DNA of 60,141 bases, filler included. It is 6 parts of 6 records of this genome, joined end to end, with 100 filler letters (N's around TTAATTAATTAA, not from the genome) between each part and the next. Parts side by side here need not be neighbours in the genome. Positions count along the whole stretch, not along the records: positions 1 to 10,200 come from DRR723986_10944; positions 10,301 to 22,609 come from DRR723986_10957; 4 more parts are not named here. One strand, written 5' to 3'. Position numbers and translations under genes: made by a program. Within the stretch, counting starts at the first letter, position 1, and each line of letters opens with the position of its first letter. The notes under the pieces are model-generated. The model ran no database searches. It saw only the letters and a list, made by a program, of their open reading frames with translations, and had not been told where the DNA came from. This document shows, piece after piece, positions 9,764-19,861 of the stretch.

Positions 9764-10200
9764 ATGCCAGACCACAAGGCCGAGACCGTGCTTTCTAATT
9801 CGCGTGGCGAGGCGTGGGCTAACAACGGCTTTTCAACTGTCTGGCACAGCTTCAAGACCGTCCTTGAGAATGAAGGCCTAATCGAAAAAGGCCTGACCCT
9901 TAGGGGCTTGCGGCACACGCTCGCCACCACTTTGCGCGAAGCAGGCCTAGATGAACGCCGCATCGCGGACCTGCTGGGACAAAAAACACCGCCCATGGCG
10001 CGGCACTATTCGCGCTCAGCGAACCTTGCCGACAAGAACCGCGAGACCATGGCCACACTGGAAGAAGAGAACCGAAGGCGGGCCGAAAGTGCCAAACCTT
10101 CGCAGAAACGCGTCAAACCTGACCGAAACGAAACGGTCATGGGGAGAAAACTAATTCATATGAGTTTGTTAAGTGGTGCCCGGGGGCGGAATCGAACCAC
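9764..10200 (+). pseudogene. Tyrosine recombinase/integrase, C-terminal remnant
   Basis: GLRHT, LLGQ and MARHY motifs; in-frame stop at 9743-9745, so no N-terminal half; usual HxLR His reads as Arg. Confidence 0.8.
10174..10200 (-). tRNA. tRNA 3' part (T-arm + acceptor + CCA), most likely tRNA-Phe; cut by contig end
   Basis: Reverse complement is GTGGTTCGATTCCGCCCCCGGGCACCA; anticodon not visible, so identity is inferred from the acceptor stem. Confidence 0.75.
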
Positions 10201-10300
10201 NNNNNNNNNNNNNNNNNNNNNNNNNNNNNNNNNNNNNNNNNNNNTTAATTAATTAANNNNNNNNNNNNNNNNNNNNNNNNNNNNNNNNNNNNNNNNNNNN
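10201..10300. other. Artificial contig linker
   Basis: N run with TTAATTAATTAA. Confidence 0.99.
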
Positions 10301-10301
10301 G

Positions 10302-12188
10302 CCGTCGTTGCCTCAGGTGAATGCGGCGATTGAGGCGTCAAACAAGCCGGTGATTGCCGCGATCCACGGTACTGCGCTCGGTGGTGGGTTTGAGCTTACG
10401 CTGAGTTGCCACTACCGCTGTGCATTGCCCTCAGCGTTTGTCGGTTTACCGGAGGTTACCCTTGGATTGTTACCCGGGGCGGGCGGTACGCAGCGCGTTC
10501 CACGCTTGATAGGTATAAAGGCAGCACTTGACCTGATGACCAGTGGCGAAAAAGTGCCAGCCCAACGGGCGCGGGAGCTGGGGTTGATTGACCGGGTTCT
10601 TGAGGGCAACTTGCGAGAAGGCGCGCTGAACTATGCCCGCGATTGTCTGGCTGGCGGACTGGGTGTCCGCAGAATTCGTGATATGCAGATACCCGTGGAT
10701 AGCGGAGACCAGCAGACCCTGGATGCTTACCGAAACCAACTGGCTAAAAGGAAGCGAGGACAGGAAGCGCCTCAACGTATTGTCGACTGCGTCGAAATTG
10801 CTCTTAACCGGCCGTTTGATGAGGGGCTTGCCTTTGAGCGTTCGCAGTTTGTGGAATGCACCCAGTCCGACCAGTCAGCGGCGCTAAGGCATTTGTTTTT
10901 TGCAGAGCGTCAGGCACTGAAGGTACCTGATCTGGACCCGGAGGCCCACGCCCGTGACATATCCCGAGTAGGCATCATTGGTGCGGGCACAATGGGGGGC
11001 GGCATTGCCATGGCCTTCGCCAATGCTGGTATTCCGGTGATGCTCCTGGAACTCAATCAGGAAGGGCTTGATCGGGGGCTGACTCTGATTTCCGAGAACT
11101 ATGGGCGCTCGGTCAGTCGAGGAAAACTGTCAACCAGCGAAGCGTCATCCCGGAAGGCGCTCATCACCGGAAGCACTAATTATGAGGACCTTGCCCAGGT
11201 CGACCTGGTAATAGAGGCCGTTTTCGAAAGCATGGATGTGAAGAAGCAGGTGTTCCAGCGACTGGATGAGGTCTGTCGCCCCGGGACCATTCTGGCGACC
11301 AATACTTCCTACCTCGACGTCAATGAGATTGCGTCTGCGACTTCGCGGCCTGGAGATGTGGTGGGTCTTCATTTCTTCAGTCCGGCAAACATAATGAAAC
11401 TGCTGGAGGTGGTCAGGCCAGAACAAACTGCGGATGATGTTATTGCGACCGCGATGGCTCTGGGTAAACGACTCCGCAAGGTGCCAGTGTTGTCACGTGT
11501 GTGTTACGGATTCATTGGCAACCGGATGCTGAGGCAATACGCCAAAGAGGCTCAGTTGTGCATGATTGAGGGGGCTACGCCGGAACAAATAGACGGAGCC
11601 CTGACGGATTTCGGGATGGCAATGGGACCGCTGGCAGTCGGCGATCTTGCGGGGCTGGATATCGGCTACAAGGCGCGGCAGGCTCTGGCCAGCGAGCAGA
11701 AAGGCGATCCTCGTACCTACTGTATTGCTGATGCGCTGGTCGAATCAGGCCGCCTGGGACAGAAGACTGGCGCCGGATACTATCGCTACGATCCCGACAC
11801 CCGGGCAAGGTATTCGGATCCCCAAGTATCGGAAGTGATCAGGCGTGAGGCTTCACGACATGGCGTGTCGCAACGCGTGTTGACCAAAGAGGAAATCCAG
11901 GATCGTCATATTCTGTCTCTGGTTAATGAGGGCTTTCGAATCCTTGAGGAAGGCATTGCTCAGCGCCCGGGGGACATCGATCTGGTCTATGTTCATGGCT
12001 ACGGCTTCCCATCTTATCGCGGTGGCCCGATGTTCTATGCCAGCCAAAGAGGATTGGACTCGGTCTTTGACCGTCTTGAGGCGTTGGCCGCAAGATCGGG
12101 AGAGCTCTATTGGAAGCCTGCGCCTCTTTTAAAGCGTCTGGTTGAGCAAGGTCAGACCCTGGAGGAATGGATGGCCAACAGAACCTGA
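10302..12188 (+). CDS. Enoyl-CoA hydratase / 3-hydroxyacyl-CoA dehydrogenase (FadJ/PimF-like), 5'-truncated
   Basis: ALGGGFE, PEVTLGLLPGAGGTQR, GAGTMG and HFFSPA motifs. Confidence 0.93.
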   Translation, partial: PSLPQVNAAIEASNKPVIAAIHGTALGGGFELTLSCHYRCALPSAFVGLPEVTLGLLPGAGGTQRVPRLIGIKAALDLMTSGEKVPAQRARELGLIDRVLEGNLREGALNYARDCLAGGLGVRRIRDMQIPVDSGDQQTLDAYRNQLAKRKRGQEAPQRIVDCVEIALNRPFDEGLAFERSQFVECTQSDQSAALRHLFFAERQALKVPDLDPEAHARDISRVGIIGAGTMGGGIAMAFANAGIPVMLLELNQEGLDRGLTLISENYGRSVSRGKLSTSEASSRKALITGSTNYEDLAQVDLVIEAVFESMDVKKQVFQRLDEVCRPGTILATNTSYLDVNEIASATSRPGDVVGLHFFSPANIMKLLEVVRPEQTADDVIATAMALGKRLRKVPVLSRVCYGFIGNRMLRQYAKEAQLCMIEGATPEQIDGALTDFGMAMGPLAVGDLAGLDIGYKARQALASEQKGDPRTYCIADALVESGRLGQKTGAGYYRYDPDTRARYSDPQVSEVIRREASRHGVSQRVLTKEEIQDRHILSLVNEGFRILEEGIAQRPGDIDLVYVHGYGFPSYRGGPMFYASQRGLDSVFDRLEALAARSGELYWKPAPLLKRLVEQGQTLEEWMANRT

Positions 12189-12297
12189 GACATGTAAACG
12201 ACAGACACGAAAGCGGGATGACGATGTCGTCCCGCTGTTCCTGCGAGACCCGCTTGCATAGCCCTATTGGGGCTGGCATCATCCCGCACCAGATAGT

Positions 12298-12312
12298 GAC
12301 CGATTATCGAAC
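12298..12312 (-). promoter_or_regulatory. PcaR/PobR-type IclR operator (autoregulatory)
   Basis: Reverse strand GTTCGATAATCGGTC resembles the PcaR box GTTCGATAATCGCAC. Confidence 0.6.
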
Positions 12313-12375
12313 GATCGGTCGGTGCTTGTACTATTCAAAGGGATGGATTCGGTGGGTCGCGATAGCGAGGGTAGT

Positions 12376-13131
12376 GTGTCTGTAGACAAAGAGTTCCTGA
12401 CGACCTTTGCACGCGGTCTGGAGGTTATTCGTTCTTTCGACACGGACACCCCGTCAATGTCGCTGTCTGCCGTGGCAGAAAAGAACAATCTGTCCCGGGC
12501 CGCCGCTCGCCGATTTTTGCTCACGTTACAGAAACTTGGTTATGTCACCCAGGACGACAAGAAGTTCAGGCTGACAGCCAAGGTTCTGGAGTTGGGCTAT
12601 TCCTTTCTTGCTTCGCTGGATTTTTCGGAAACGATCACGCCTTTCATGGAAGAGGTCTCCTACCAGTTGGGTGAGTCCTGTTCTGCACTGGTACTTGATG
12701 GCGTAGATATTGTTTACGTTGCGCGGATTCCACGCCGGGGACTCATTCCCATTAATTTGCAGATTGGTGCGCGCCTGCCAGCCTATGCGACCTCTGGAGG
12801 CCGGGTACTGCTTGCCTCCCTGCCGGCCCAGGAACTTGACCAGGTGATTCGGGATACCCGTTTCGAAAAACTGACAGCCTATACGAAAGGCCCTGATGAG
12901 CTTCGTGCCGAACTCGAGAAGATTCGGATGAACGGCTACGCCGTTGTTGATCAGGAACTGGAACTCGGCATGCGAGCATTAGCTGTTCCGGTTTTTGATC
13001 GAAGGGGCAGGGCACGGTTTGCGCTTAACTCCAGCAGCCACGTCAGCACGGTCTCAATTGACCGAATCATCGACGAGTATGTGCCAATCATGCAAAGCGC
13101 ATCTCGAAAAATCACTGAAGTTCTGCCCTGA
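12376..13131 (+). CDS. IclR family regulator, PcaR/PobR/PcaU subfamily
   Basis: ARGLEVI, LSRAAARRFLLTL, GARLPAYATS and DQELELG motifs; GTG 12376 follows GAGG. Confidence 0.9.
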   Translation: MSVDKEFLTTFARGLEVIRSFDTDTPSMSLSAVAEKNNLSRAAARRFLLTLQKLGYVTQDDKKFRLTAKVLELGYSFLASLDFSETITPFMEEVSYQLGESCSALVLDGVDIVYVARIPRRGLIPINLQIGARLPAYATSGGRVLLASLPAQELDQVIRDTRFEKLTAYTKGPDELRAELEKIRMNGYAVVDQELELGMRALAVPVFDRRGRARFALNSSSHVSTVSIDRIIDEYVPIMQSASRKITEVLP

Positions 13132-13356
13132 TAGAGTGGCTTTTGGGCCATTCTTACACACCTCTGCTACCGCTCCTGTTTCTGGTTGTCACCGCGAGGG
13201 CCTGATCTGGCCCTCGTCATATCCTCGCCTGAGCTGTTGCTTCTTCAGGTTTCCCGAACCTGCCGTCGGTGGTTATTACTGACTTGCACATAAAAAATTC
13301 TTGCACGCCTGTGATGAATATGTGAGATTACTCCCGCGAACATTATTCGAACATAA

Positions 13357-13371
13357 GTTCGATATACGAAC
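13357..13371 (+). promoter_or_regulatory. IclR operator palindrome upstream of tctC
   Basis: GTTCG-ATATA-CGAAC, plus extra CGAAC half-sites at 13337 and 13348. Confidence 0.65.
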
Positions 13372-13402
13372 AACGAAATGACCAACGAGGATAATCACAA
13401 AA

Positions 13403-14395
13403 ATGATCGAATTATTTGGGCTTCGTCTGAAACGTAGTGTGCTCGGCGCAGTAACTGCTGTATCTCTGGCTTGTGGTGGTCTGGCTCAGGCCGAAGAGTG
13501 GCCTGACGATAACATTCGATTGGTCGTACCTTACTCTGCTGGTGGTACGACGGACCTGCTTTCGAGAAAAGTGGCAGACCTGCTTCAGCGTGAGTTGAGC
13601 ACGGTGGTGGTTGAGAACCGTCCTGGTGCTGGCTCAACGGTTGCTACCGGCCAGTTGGCTCGTGGTGGGCGCGGTTCCGACCATATGCTTCTAATGGCAT
13701 CCCCGGGGCACACCATCGGCGCGTCTCTGTATCCGAATCTGCGATACGATCCAGTTGCTGACTTTGCGTTCATTCGTAACGTGATCAATATTCCGAATGT
13801 GATGGTTGTCCCTGCGAGCAGTCCGTACAACACCGTTGCGGAATTTGTTGAAGCCGCGCGGGAACAGCAGCTTTCTTTCAGCTCTCCGGGCATTGGAAGC
13901 TCTATTCACATGTCTGGTGAGCTGTTCAAGAACCTGACGAAGACGCAACTGGTTCATGTGCCTTTCCGAGGTTCCGGTGAAGCGCTGCCCGCCCTGCTGG
14001 CGGGTGATGTTGACGTTGCGTTTGAGAATATGCCGACCGTTTATCCGCATATTCAGTCTGGAAAACTCAAAGCCCTGGCGGTTACCACACCACAGGAGTC
14101 TGAGTTTCTACCGGGAGTTCCCACCATGCAGCAGGCTGGCGCCGGGTATGGTCTTGAGGATTACGAAACGTCTGCCTGGTTCGGTCTGATTGCTCACAAA
14201 TCCTTCCCCGAGTCCGGCCTTGAAAAGTTGGAGTTGGCGCTGGAGAAGATTATGTCTGGTGATGACTTCCAGAACTTCCTGCCTCAGTTTGGAGCGGTAG
14301 CGGGTGAAGAGGTCGGAGAAGACTTCCGCGCGATGGTAAAGAGCGAGCTTGCTAAGTGGTCCGAAGTCGCTGAACAGGCGAACCTGAAACGTTAA
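13403..14395 (+). CDS. tctC: Tripartite tricarboxylate transporter substrate-binding protein (Bug/TctC)
   Basis: VVPYSAGGTTD, VENRPGAG and HVPFRG motifs; signal peptide. Confidence 0.92.
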   Translation: MIELFGLRLKRSVLGAVTAVSLACGGLAQAEEWPDDNIRLVVPYSAGGTTDLLSRKVADLLQRELSTVVVENRPGAGSTVATGQLARGGRGSDHMLLMASPGHTIGASLYPNLRYDPVADFAFIRNVINIPNVMVVPASSPYNTVAEFVEAAREQQLSFSSPGIGSSIHMSGELFKNLTKTQLVHVPFRGSGEALPALLAGDVDVAFENMPTVYPHIQSGKLKALAVTTPQESEFLPGVPTMQQAGAGYGLEDYETSAWFGLIAHKSFPESGLEKLELALEKIMSGDDFQNFLPQFGAVAGEEVGEDFRAMVKSELAKWSEVAEQANLKR

Positions 14396-14412
14396 AAAAG
14401 AATTGCCGTATC

Positions 14413-14448
14413 GGGCGGGACAGTGCCATTTGGTCGTCCCGCCTTTTT
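14413..14448 (+). terminator. Hairpin with U-tract after tctC
   Basis: GGCGGGAC...GTCCCGCC followed by TTTTT. Confidence 0.55.
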
Positions 14449-14475
14449 CTTTGAGGCTGAACTGCAGAGGTCATC

Positions 14476-15012
14476 ATGGAACTGTCAGACGATCAATCCA
14501 CCCACACTGCTAACGACGAATACGGTCGGTTGAATCCCAACTCGTTACTGGGTGGGCTGTTTTTCGTGGTGTCGCTGGTTTTTCTGTTTTATGTAATTCC
14601 GAATTACATCAACTTGCCGCCCTATATGCAGCATCCATTGCTGTCCCCCCGGTTTTTGCCGCAATTGGCGGGCTGGCTGGTTTTGATTCTGGCGTTTGTC
14701 CTGATGGTTAACGGTTTGTTGTACCCGCCAAAGCGTGAGGAGGCCGATGAACTGCGGCAGGGTGTGCCAGTTCTTCGTCAGGTTTTGATGCTGGCGGCCG
14801 GCGCTATTTACGCGGTTTTCTTCGAACAATTTGGGGCCATCGGAAGCGGAATTTTCGCAAGTGTTCTGCTTTTCATGGCCAGCGGTCTGAAAAGCGCCTG
14901 GATCTATGTATTGGCAGTGCTGTTTCCTGTTGTTGTCTCGCTTCTCTTTATTCACGTCCTGAATGTGCCCCTGCCCGTAGGAACGCTCTGGGAAGCTCTC
15001 CTTCAATTTTAA
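14476..15012 (+). CDS. tctB: TTT small permease
   Basis: Four to five TM segments, PRFLP and LNVPLP motifs; position in operon. Confidence 0.85.
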   Translation: MELSDDQSTHTANDEYGRLNPNSLLGGLFFVVSLVFLFYVIPNYINLPPYMQHPLLSPRFLPQLAGWLVLILAFVLMVNGLLYPPKREEADELRQGVPVLRQVLMLAAGAIYAVFFEQFGAIGSGIFASVLLFMASGLKSAWIYVLAVLFPVVVSLLFIHVLNVPLPVGTLWEALLQF

Positions 15013-15098
15013 GGGCTGTTCGCCGGGTGATTTGACCATCCGGTGTCAGCATAAAGCTATTTGTCTGAGGTCAGACAGAACGTTTTAGGTTAATAGCA

Positions 15099-16577
15099 AT
15101 GGAAAACATATCAGAAGTTCTGACGCTCTTTCTGAGTATTGATAATTTTATGGCCATAGCGGCCGGTGTGCTGATTGGCGTTGTAGTAGGCGCGATTCCA
15201 GGATTAACAGCGACCATGGCGGTTGCGTTGGCCCTGCCTTTCACCTTCTCGATGGAGCCAGTTACCGCGATCCTTTTGTTGGTTGGGATATACAAAGGGG
15301 GCATGTATGGAGGCTCTATTACCGCCATTCTTATAAGAACTCCGGGATCTCCAGCAGCCGCTTGTACATTGCTTGACGGCTACCCGATGGCGCAACAGGG
15401 CCAGGCTAAGAAAGCCCTGAAAACCGCCCTGTATTCTTCGGTTGTTGCCGATCTTATCTCCAATGTTGCGCTGATCTTCTTCGCGGCTTACCTGGCGAAA
15501 ATCGCACTGAATTTCGGGCCGCCTGAATACTTCTGGTTGATCTGCTTCTCTCTGACCATCATTGTCTCGGTGTCCGGCAACTCTGCGATTAAAGGGCTGA
15601 TTGCTGCCGGGTTGGGCATCATTATTTCCACAATCGGACTGGACGCGGTTTATGGTACGCAGCGTCTGACCTTCGACAATTACAACCTGATGGATCGAGT
15701 CTCCTTTATACCGCTACTGATCGGTTTGTTTGCCATTCCCGAAGTCATCGATTTCTATACCTCCAGGGTCGCGCCCCATATCCGTACAGCGGTATCTGGC
15801 GCCTCTCTGACGTGGAAGGAGTTCAAAGGCTCCCTGAAAACCGTCATTCGCGGCAGTGTCATTGGGGTCATTATTGGAGCCATCCCGGGCACCGGGGCAA
15901 CATCTGCAGCCTTTATCTCCTACAGTGAGGCGAAGCGAACCTCTCCCCGAAAGGATAACTTTGGTAAAGGTGAGGTTGAAGGCGTGGCCGCGGCTGAAGC
16001 CGGAAATAACGGGGTCGCCGGAGCAACGCTGATTCCGCTGCTATCGCTGGGCATTCCCGGTGATGTGATAACGGCGATTATTCTGGGTGCATTCATGATT
16101 CATGGCCTGACACCGGGCCCCGTGCTGTTTCAGGAAAACCTGCCCCTGGTCTACGCGCTGTTCTGCGGTATTCTGGTCAGCTCGTTTGTGCTGGTTTTTG
16201 TCGGCAACGCCGCTATCCGGTATTTTTCGATTATCGCGGATATTCCCAAAACCATCCTGCTACCTATTGTGCTGATGTTCTGTATTTATGGTGCTTACGC
16301 CGTGAACAACAGCACCTTTGATATTGGGCTGATGCTGGCGTTCGGTGTTCTCGGTTTTCTGTTTAACCGAACTGGGGTTGCTGCCGCTCCGTTCCTGATC
16401 GGGTTTATACTCGGGCCAATGTTCGAGGATAACCTCAGGCGTACTCTGCTGATCAGTAAAGGTGACCCGACTATCTTCTTCAGGGGGCCTATCGCCTGGG
16501 TTTTCATTATGCTCACAGTTGCCTCGGTAGCCTTCGCTTTCCGGTGTTACTGGATTGCCCGGAGAGAGCAGGCCTGA
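15099..16577 (+). CDS. tctA: TTT large permease
   Basis: GAIPGL, GGMYGGSI and LGIPG repeats. Confidence 0.93.
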   Translation: MENISEVLTLFLSIDNFMAIAAGVLIGVVVGAIPGLTATMAVALALPFTFSMEPVTAILLLVGIYKGGMYGGSITAILIRTPGSPAAACTLLDGYPMAQQGQAKKALKTALYSSVVADLISNVALIFFAAYLAKIALNFGPPEYFWLICFSLTIIVSVSGNSAIKGLIAAGLGIIISTIGLDAVYGTQRLTFDNYNLMDRVSFIPLLIGLFAIPEVIDFYTSRVAPHIRTAVSGASLTWKEFKGSLKTVIRGSVIGVIIGAIPGTGATSAAFISYSEAKRTSPRKDNFGKGEVEGVAAAEAGNNGVAGATLIPLLSLGIPGDVITAIILGAFMIHGLTPGPVLFQENLPLVYALFCGILVSSFVLVFVGNAAIRYFSIIADIPKTILLPIVLMFCIYGAYAVNNSTFDIGLMLAFGVLGFLFNRTGVAAAPFLIGFILGPMFEDNLRRTLLISKGDPTIFFRGPIAWVFIMLTVASVAFAFRCYWIARREQA

Positions 16578-16660
16578 CCATGTGGCCTGCGTCATGACAG
16601 CCCAGACTGAAAGCCGCACAGCCAGGGAGCGTTGTGCGGTTTAAGGTAGGCCTTGGCCGT

Positions 16661-17611
16661 TCAGCCGATTGCTGTCAGCTGGATAACGAACACTCCGAGG
16701 GTAATGGTCACACTCGCAAGCAGAGTAGTCAGCGCGATAATGTTCGCGGCCATGCGATCGTTGCCGCCCAGGGCCTTCACCATCACGAAACTGGCCGCTG
16801 CCGTTGGGCTGGCGAAGAACAGGAACATGAGTCCGAGTTCGCGCCCTTCAAAGCCGGCCAGCCAGGCGACAAGTGTGCACAGTGCCGGCAAAGACACCAT
16901 CTTCCAGATGGATGAACCCATGGCCGGGCCGCTGTCGCTGCGTATGGATTTCAGTGAGACCGTTGCGCCGATACAGAGCAGGGCGAGAGGCAGCGTTAGC
17001 GAAGCAAAGTAGTTGCCGCTGGTCATTACCCATCCGGGAAGCCTGATTTCAAGGGCTGCGAAAGGAATGGCCAGCACTACGCCGATGATCAGTGGGTTTC
17101 TGGCAATGTCTCGCAGGGTGTTGGTCAGGCTCATGGTTTTACCGGGCTGATACGCCAGCAACACGATCACCGATAACGAGTTGTAGACCACAATCACCAG
17201 AGCCAGGAGCAGGCCCCCGGCCGAGAGCCCATAGTCGCCGTAAAGGTTGGCTGCCAACGCCAGACCAACGATGCCACAATTGCCCCGAAACGCGCCTTGG
17301 ACATAAACCCCGCGATCCTCTTGCCGGACCCGCTTTGTTGCCCAGAACCAGACAAGGGCAAAACTGGCCAGGGTCGCCAGGAAGTAAAAGATCAGCATGC
17401 TGATGCTGAGGGTGGTATCCAGGTCGGCTCTGATAATGCTCAGGAAAACCAGGGTGGGGAGCGTGGCCTTGAAAACCAGAGCAGAGGCGGTGGCGATGAA
17501 GCCCTGGTCAATCCAGCCAATGCGCCGAAGACCGATGCCGATAAAAACCATGGCGAATACCGGCAGCGTAGTCTCCAGCGTGTACAGAAAGGTATCAAGA
17601 AGACTGCTCAA
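16661..17611 (-). CDS. AEC (auxin efflux carrier) family transporter
   Basis: [13 protein letters not shown] and PTAAAS motifs; about 10 TM. Confidence 0.88.
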   Translation of the reverse strand: MSSLLDTFLYTLETTLPVFAMVFIGIGLRRIGWIDQGFIATASALVFKATLPTLVFLSIIRADLDTTLSISMLIFYFLATLASFALVWFWATKRVRQEDRGVYVQGAFRGNCGIVGLALAANLYGDYGLSAGGLLLALVIVVYNSLSVIVLLAYQPGKTMSLTNTLRDIARNPLIIGVVLAIPFAALEIRLPGWVMTSGNYFASLTLPLALLCIGATVSLKSIRSDSGPAMGSSIWKMVSLPALCTLVAWLAGFEGRELGLMFLFFASPTAAASFVMVKALGGNDRMAANIIALTTLLASVTITLGVFVIQLTAIG

Positions 17612-17886
17612 TGTGTGGTCCTGAAGTCAGCGAATTCCTGAGTGGCGGGCAGTTCCTGGGTTGCAACCTCATCGACCACAGCGCGTTCCGGGCCTTCGTG
17701 ACACCATTCATGCAGTGCCTTGAGCTGGAGTGGCTCGCCCTCTGCCATAATTTCGACCCTGCCGTCCGGTAAATTTCGTACCCAGCCTGTGAGGCCCAGT
17801 TCCCGGGCTTTCTGTTCGGTGGATGCCCGGTAGTAAACGCCTTGTACTTTGCCGCTTACCAGCAAGTGCCAGCGATTGATGGTCAT
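17608..17886 (-). CDS. acyP: Acylphosphatase
   Basis: [11 protein letters not shown] and [12 protein letters not shown] motifs; ATG 17886 after AGGAGG. Confidence 0.93.
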   Translation of the reverse strand: MTINRWHLLVSGKVQGVYYRASTEQKARELGLTGWVRNLPDGRVEIMAEGEPLQLKALHEWCHEGPERAVVDEVATQELPATQEFADFRTTH

Positions 17887-17914
17887 CGTGTTCCTCCTTG
17901 CGTTGATTGCAAGC

Positions 17915-17939
17915 AAAAAGGCCTCCGCAAGGGAGGCCT
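17915..17939 (-). terminator. Intrinsic terminator of tsdBA
   Basis: AGGCCTCC stem, 5-nt loop, T-tract on the minus strand. Confidence 0.75.
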
Positions 17940-17962
17940 GTGACACCGAATTATAACGTCTG

Positions 17963-18976
17963 TCAGTCGAATGTTCTCGACCGCACGGTGTCTGGTTTAA
18001 GGAAAGGCTTGTCTCCGGTGTTGTCGTGGTCACCCAGTAACTTGCCATCGGATTCCCGAACCTGACCATACATGGAATGTTTGTGGAAGGTAGGCCCGAA
18101 TTTTTCAGCGGTTTCCTTCACATCGCCCGTGTAGCGCGGATCTTGTGGTCGCTCCTGGCTGTCCATGTAGAAGGCGATATCCCAGGCTTCCTGATCGGTC
18201 AGGGAGTTGGGCTGCCCCAATGGCATGTTGTTCTTGATAAAGCCAGCTGCGGTATGCAGGCGCGCAATACCAGCCCCCCAGTTGTTGGACATATCTCCCC
18301 AGGGGGCCGGGAATACTGTGTGGCCGTCGATACGCAGGCCTGTCCCATCTTCAGCGTGGCACACCGCGCAGTTTTCCTGATATAGCTTTTCACCGTTGGT
18401 GTAGCTCAGTTCAGCCGGCCGCTCGGGCGCCGGGAAACCCCGGCCATAGATGGGCTGTTTGGGGTACATCTCCACACCTGTCGCCAACCACTGATGGTAG
18501 GCAGACAGTGCCAGCATATCGTCACTGCCGTACTCCAGCGGCTTGCCGTTCATGGAATAGGTGAAGCAGCCTGCAATCCGTTCCTCCAGGTTGTTTACAT
18601 GGCCGTTCTTGCCGCGATAGCCGGGCAGGGTGACTGCAGCCGGCCAGATAGGCGCGCTGAAAGGCATCCGGCCTTCGCCCAGATGGCAGCTGGAACAGTT
18701 CATATTGTTGAACACGTTCTTGCCACGCAGTTGCTGGGTGTTGGTGAACAGGTCATAGCCCCTGCGGATAACCTTTTTCAGTTCCGGATGGATGTCGGCT
18801 TCTTCCAGGTCTGCCATGGACGGCGGAATGTGTACCAGTTGGTTTTCGTTCGGGGCAGGAAAGCCCATGGCGGTGAGCTGATCGATGTAGGCCTGGGTTC
18901 TGTCGTCATTGGCCGCAGCGGTTATCGGAAGTATTACGCAGCCGGAGAGGGCGATGGTTAGCAGTGTGCGCATCAT
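17963..18976 (-). CDS. tsdA: Thiosulfate dehydrogenase TsdA (diheme c)
   Basis: CSSCH and CAVCH hemes; [12 protein letters not shown] catalytic-Cys motif; NMP motif. Confidence 0.85.
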   Translation of the reverse strand: MMRTLLTIALSGCVILPITAAANDDRTQAYIDQLTAMGFPAPNENQLVHIPPSMADLEEADIHPELKKVIRRGYDLFTNTQQLRGKNVFNNMNCSSCHLGEGRMPFSAPIWPAAVTLPGYRGKNGHVNNLEERIAGCFTYSMNGKPLEYGSDDMLALSAYHQWLATGVEMYPKQPIYGRGFPAPERPAELSYTNGEKLYQENCAVCHAEDGTGLRIDGHTVFPAPWGDMSNNWGAGIARLHTAAGFIKNNMPLGQPNSLTDQEAWDIAFYMDSQERPQDPRYTGDVKETAEKFGPTFHKHSMYGQVRESDGKLLGDHDNTGDKPFLKPDTVRSRTFD

Positions 18977-18988
18977 GATCTTTGTCCC

Positions 18989-19636
18989 TCAGTTGCTGGG
19001 GGTGTTCTGGTTGACAAGCCAGACGGCGACCGCGTGAATGTCGGTATCGCTCATACGGCGTGCAATGGAGCCCATAAGATCCTGGGGATCGTTCTTGCGG
19101 GTACCTTCCTTCCAGGCTTTCAGTTGTGCCTCGATGTAACCCGCGTGCTGGCCTGCAATGCCGGGAAATACGTCGCCAGCACCCTGGTTCCCGGGGCCGT
19201 GGCAGCTTTTGCAGGAAACAACGTATTGGGACCAGTCGCCACGCTGAGCCAATTGTTCGCCCCTGGTCAGAAGTGCTTCATCGGCTTTTTGGCCGCCTTC
19301 ACCAGCGGTGGGTTCAAGCTGGCTGTAGTAGGCCGCAACGTCGGCAATCTTTTGATCGTCCAGCATGTTGACGAAAGGCATCATGGTGGGGCTGGTCCGG
19401 GAGCCATCTTTGATGTCATGCAACTGTTTGGCCAAATAGGTGGCATTCAGCCCGGCCAGCCTGGGCCAGGATTCTCCACCTTCGATGTGTTTGCCACTGC
19501 CATCGGCCTGGTGGCACGCTACGCAGAGGTTGGCGACCTCCTTGCCGTTTTGTGGGTCGCCAGATACCGCAGCAGATGCAATACCTGCCGTGGTGGCCAG
19601 CCCGATTGCGGCCAGTATCACTGGGAGTTTGCTCAC
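18989..19636 (-). CDS. tsdB: Diheme cytochrome c4 (TsdB electron acceptor)
   Basis: CVACH and CKSCH hemes, PRLAGL/PGIAGQ motifs; GTG start at 19636; directly upstream of tsdA. Confidence 0.8.
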   Translation of the reverse strand: MSKLPVILAAIGLATTAGIASAAVSGDPQNGKEVANLCVACHQADGSGKHIEGGESWPRLAGLNATYLAKQLHDIKDGSRTSPTMMPFVNMLDDQKIADVAAYYSQLEPTAGEGGQKADEALLTRGEQLAQRGDWSQYVVSCKSCHGPGNQGAGDVFPGIAGQHAGYIEAQLKAWKEGTRKNDPQDLMGSIARRMSDTDIHAVAVWLVNQNTPSN

Positions 19637-19861
19637 GGTCGATTGTCTCTCTCTTGTTCCGAATAAGTACGCTTTAGCACTGATGGTTATGTGCTTATAG
19701 CCGTAGTGTGGCCTCAATTCTTGCTTGACGAAGGTCAATAATGCAAGGGAACCCCTCCGAAAGGCGAAGATGGAGATGCACATTTCGGGATTTTCGTTTA
19801 CTGTCCTATTCAAAGAATGGCATCAAAGAGCCATCCTGCAAACGAATGAACAGGGACAACT

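Larger units (their letters stand above)
6770..10189. mobile_element. Small tRNA-integrated genomic islet (decayed integrative element)
   Basis: Identical 22-bp direct repeats GTTAAGTGGTGCCCGGGGGCGG at 6770-6791 and 10168-10189; integrase remnant at the right end. Confidence 0.85.

Noticed and set aside
10201-10300. TTAATTAATTAA motif and ORFs running into N tracts (same at all five linkers)
   Set aside because: Artificial six-frame stop linker
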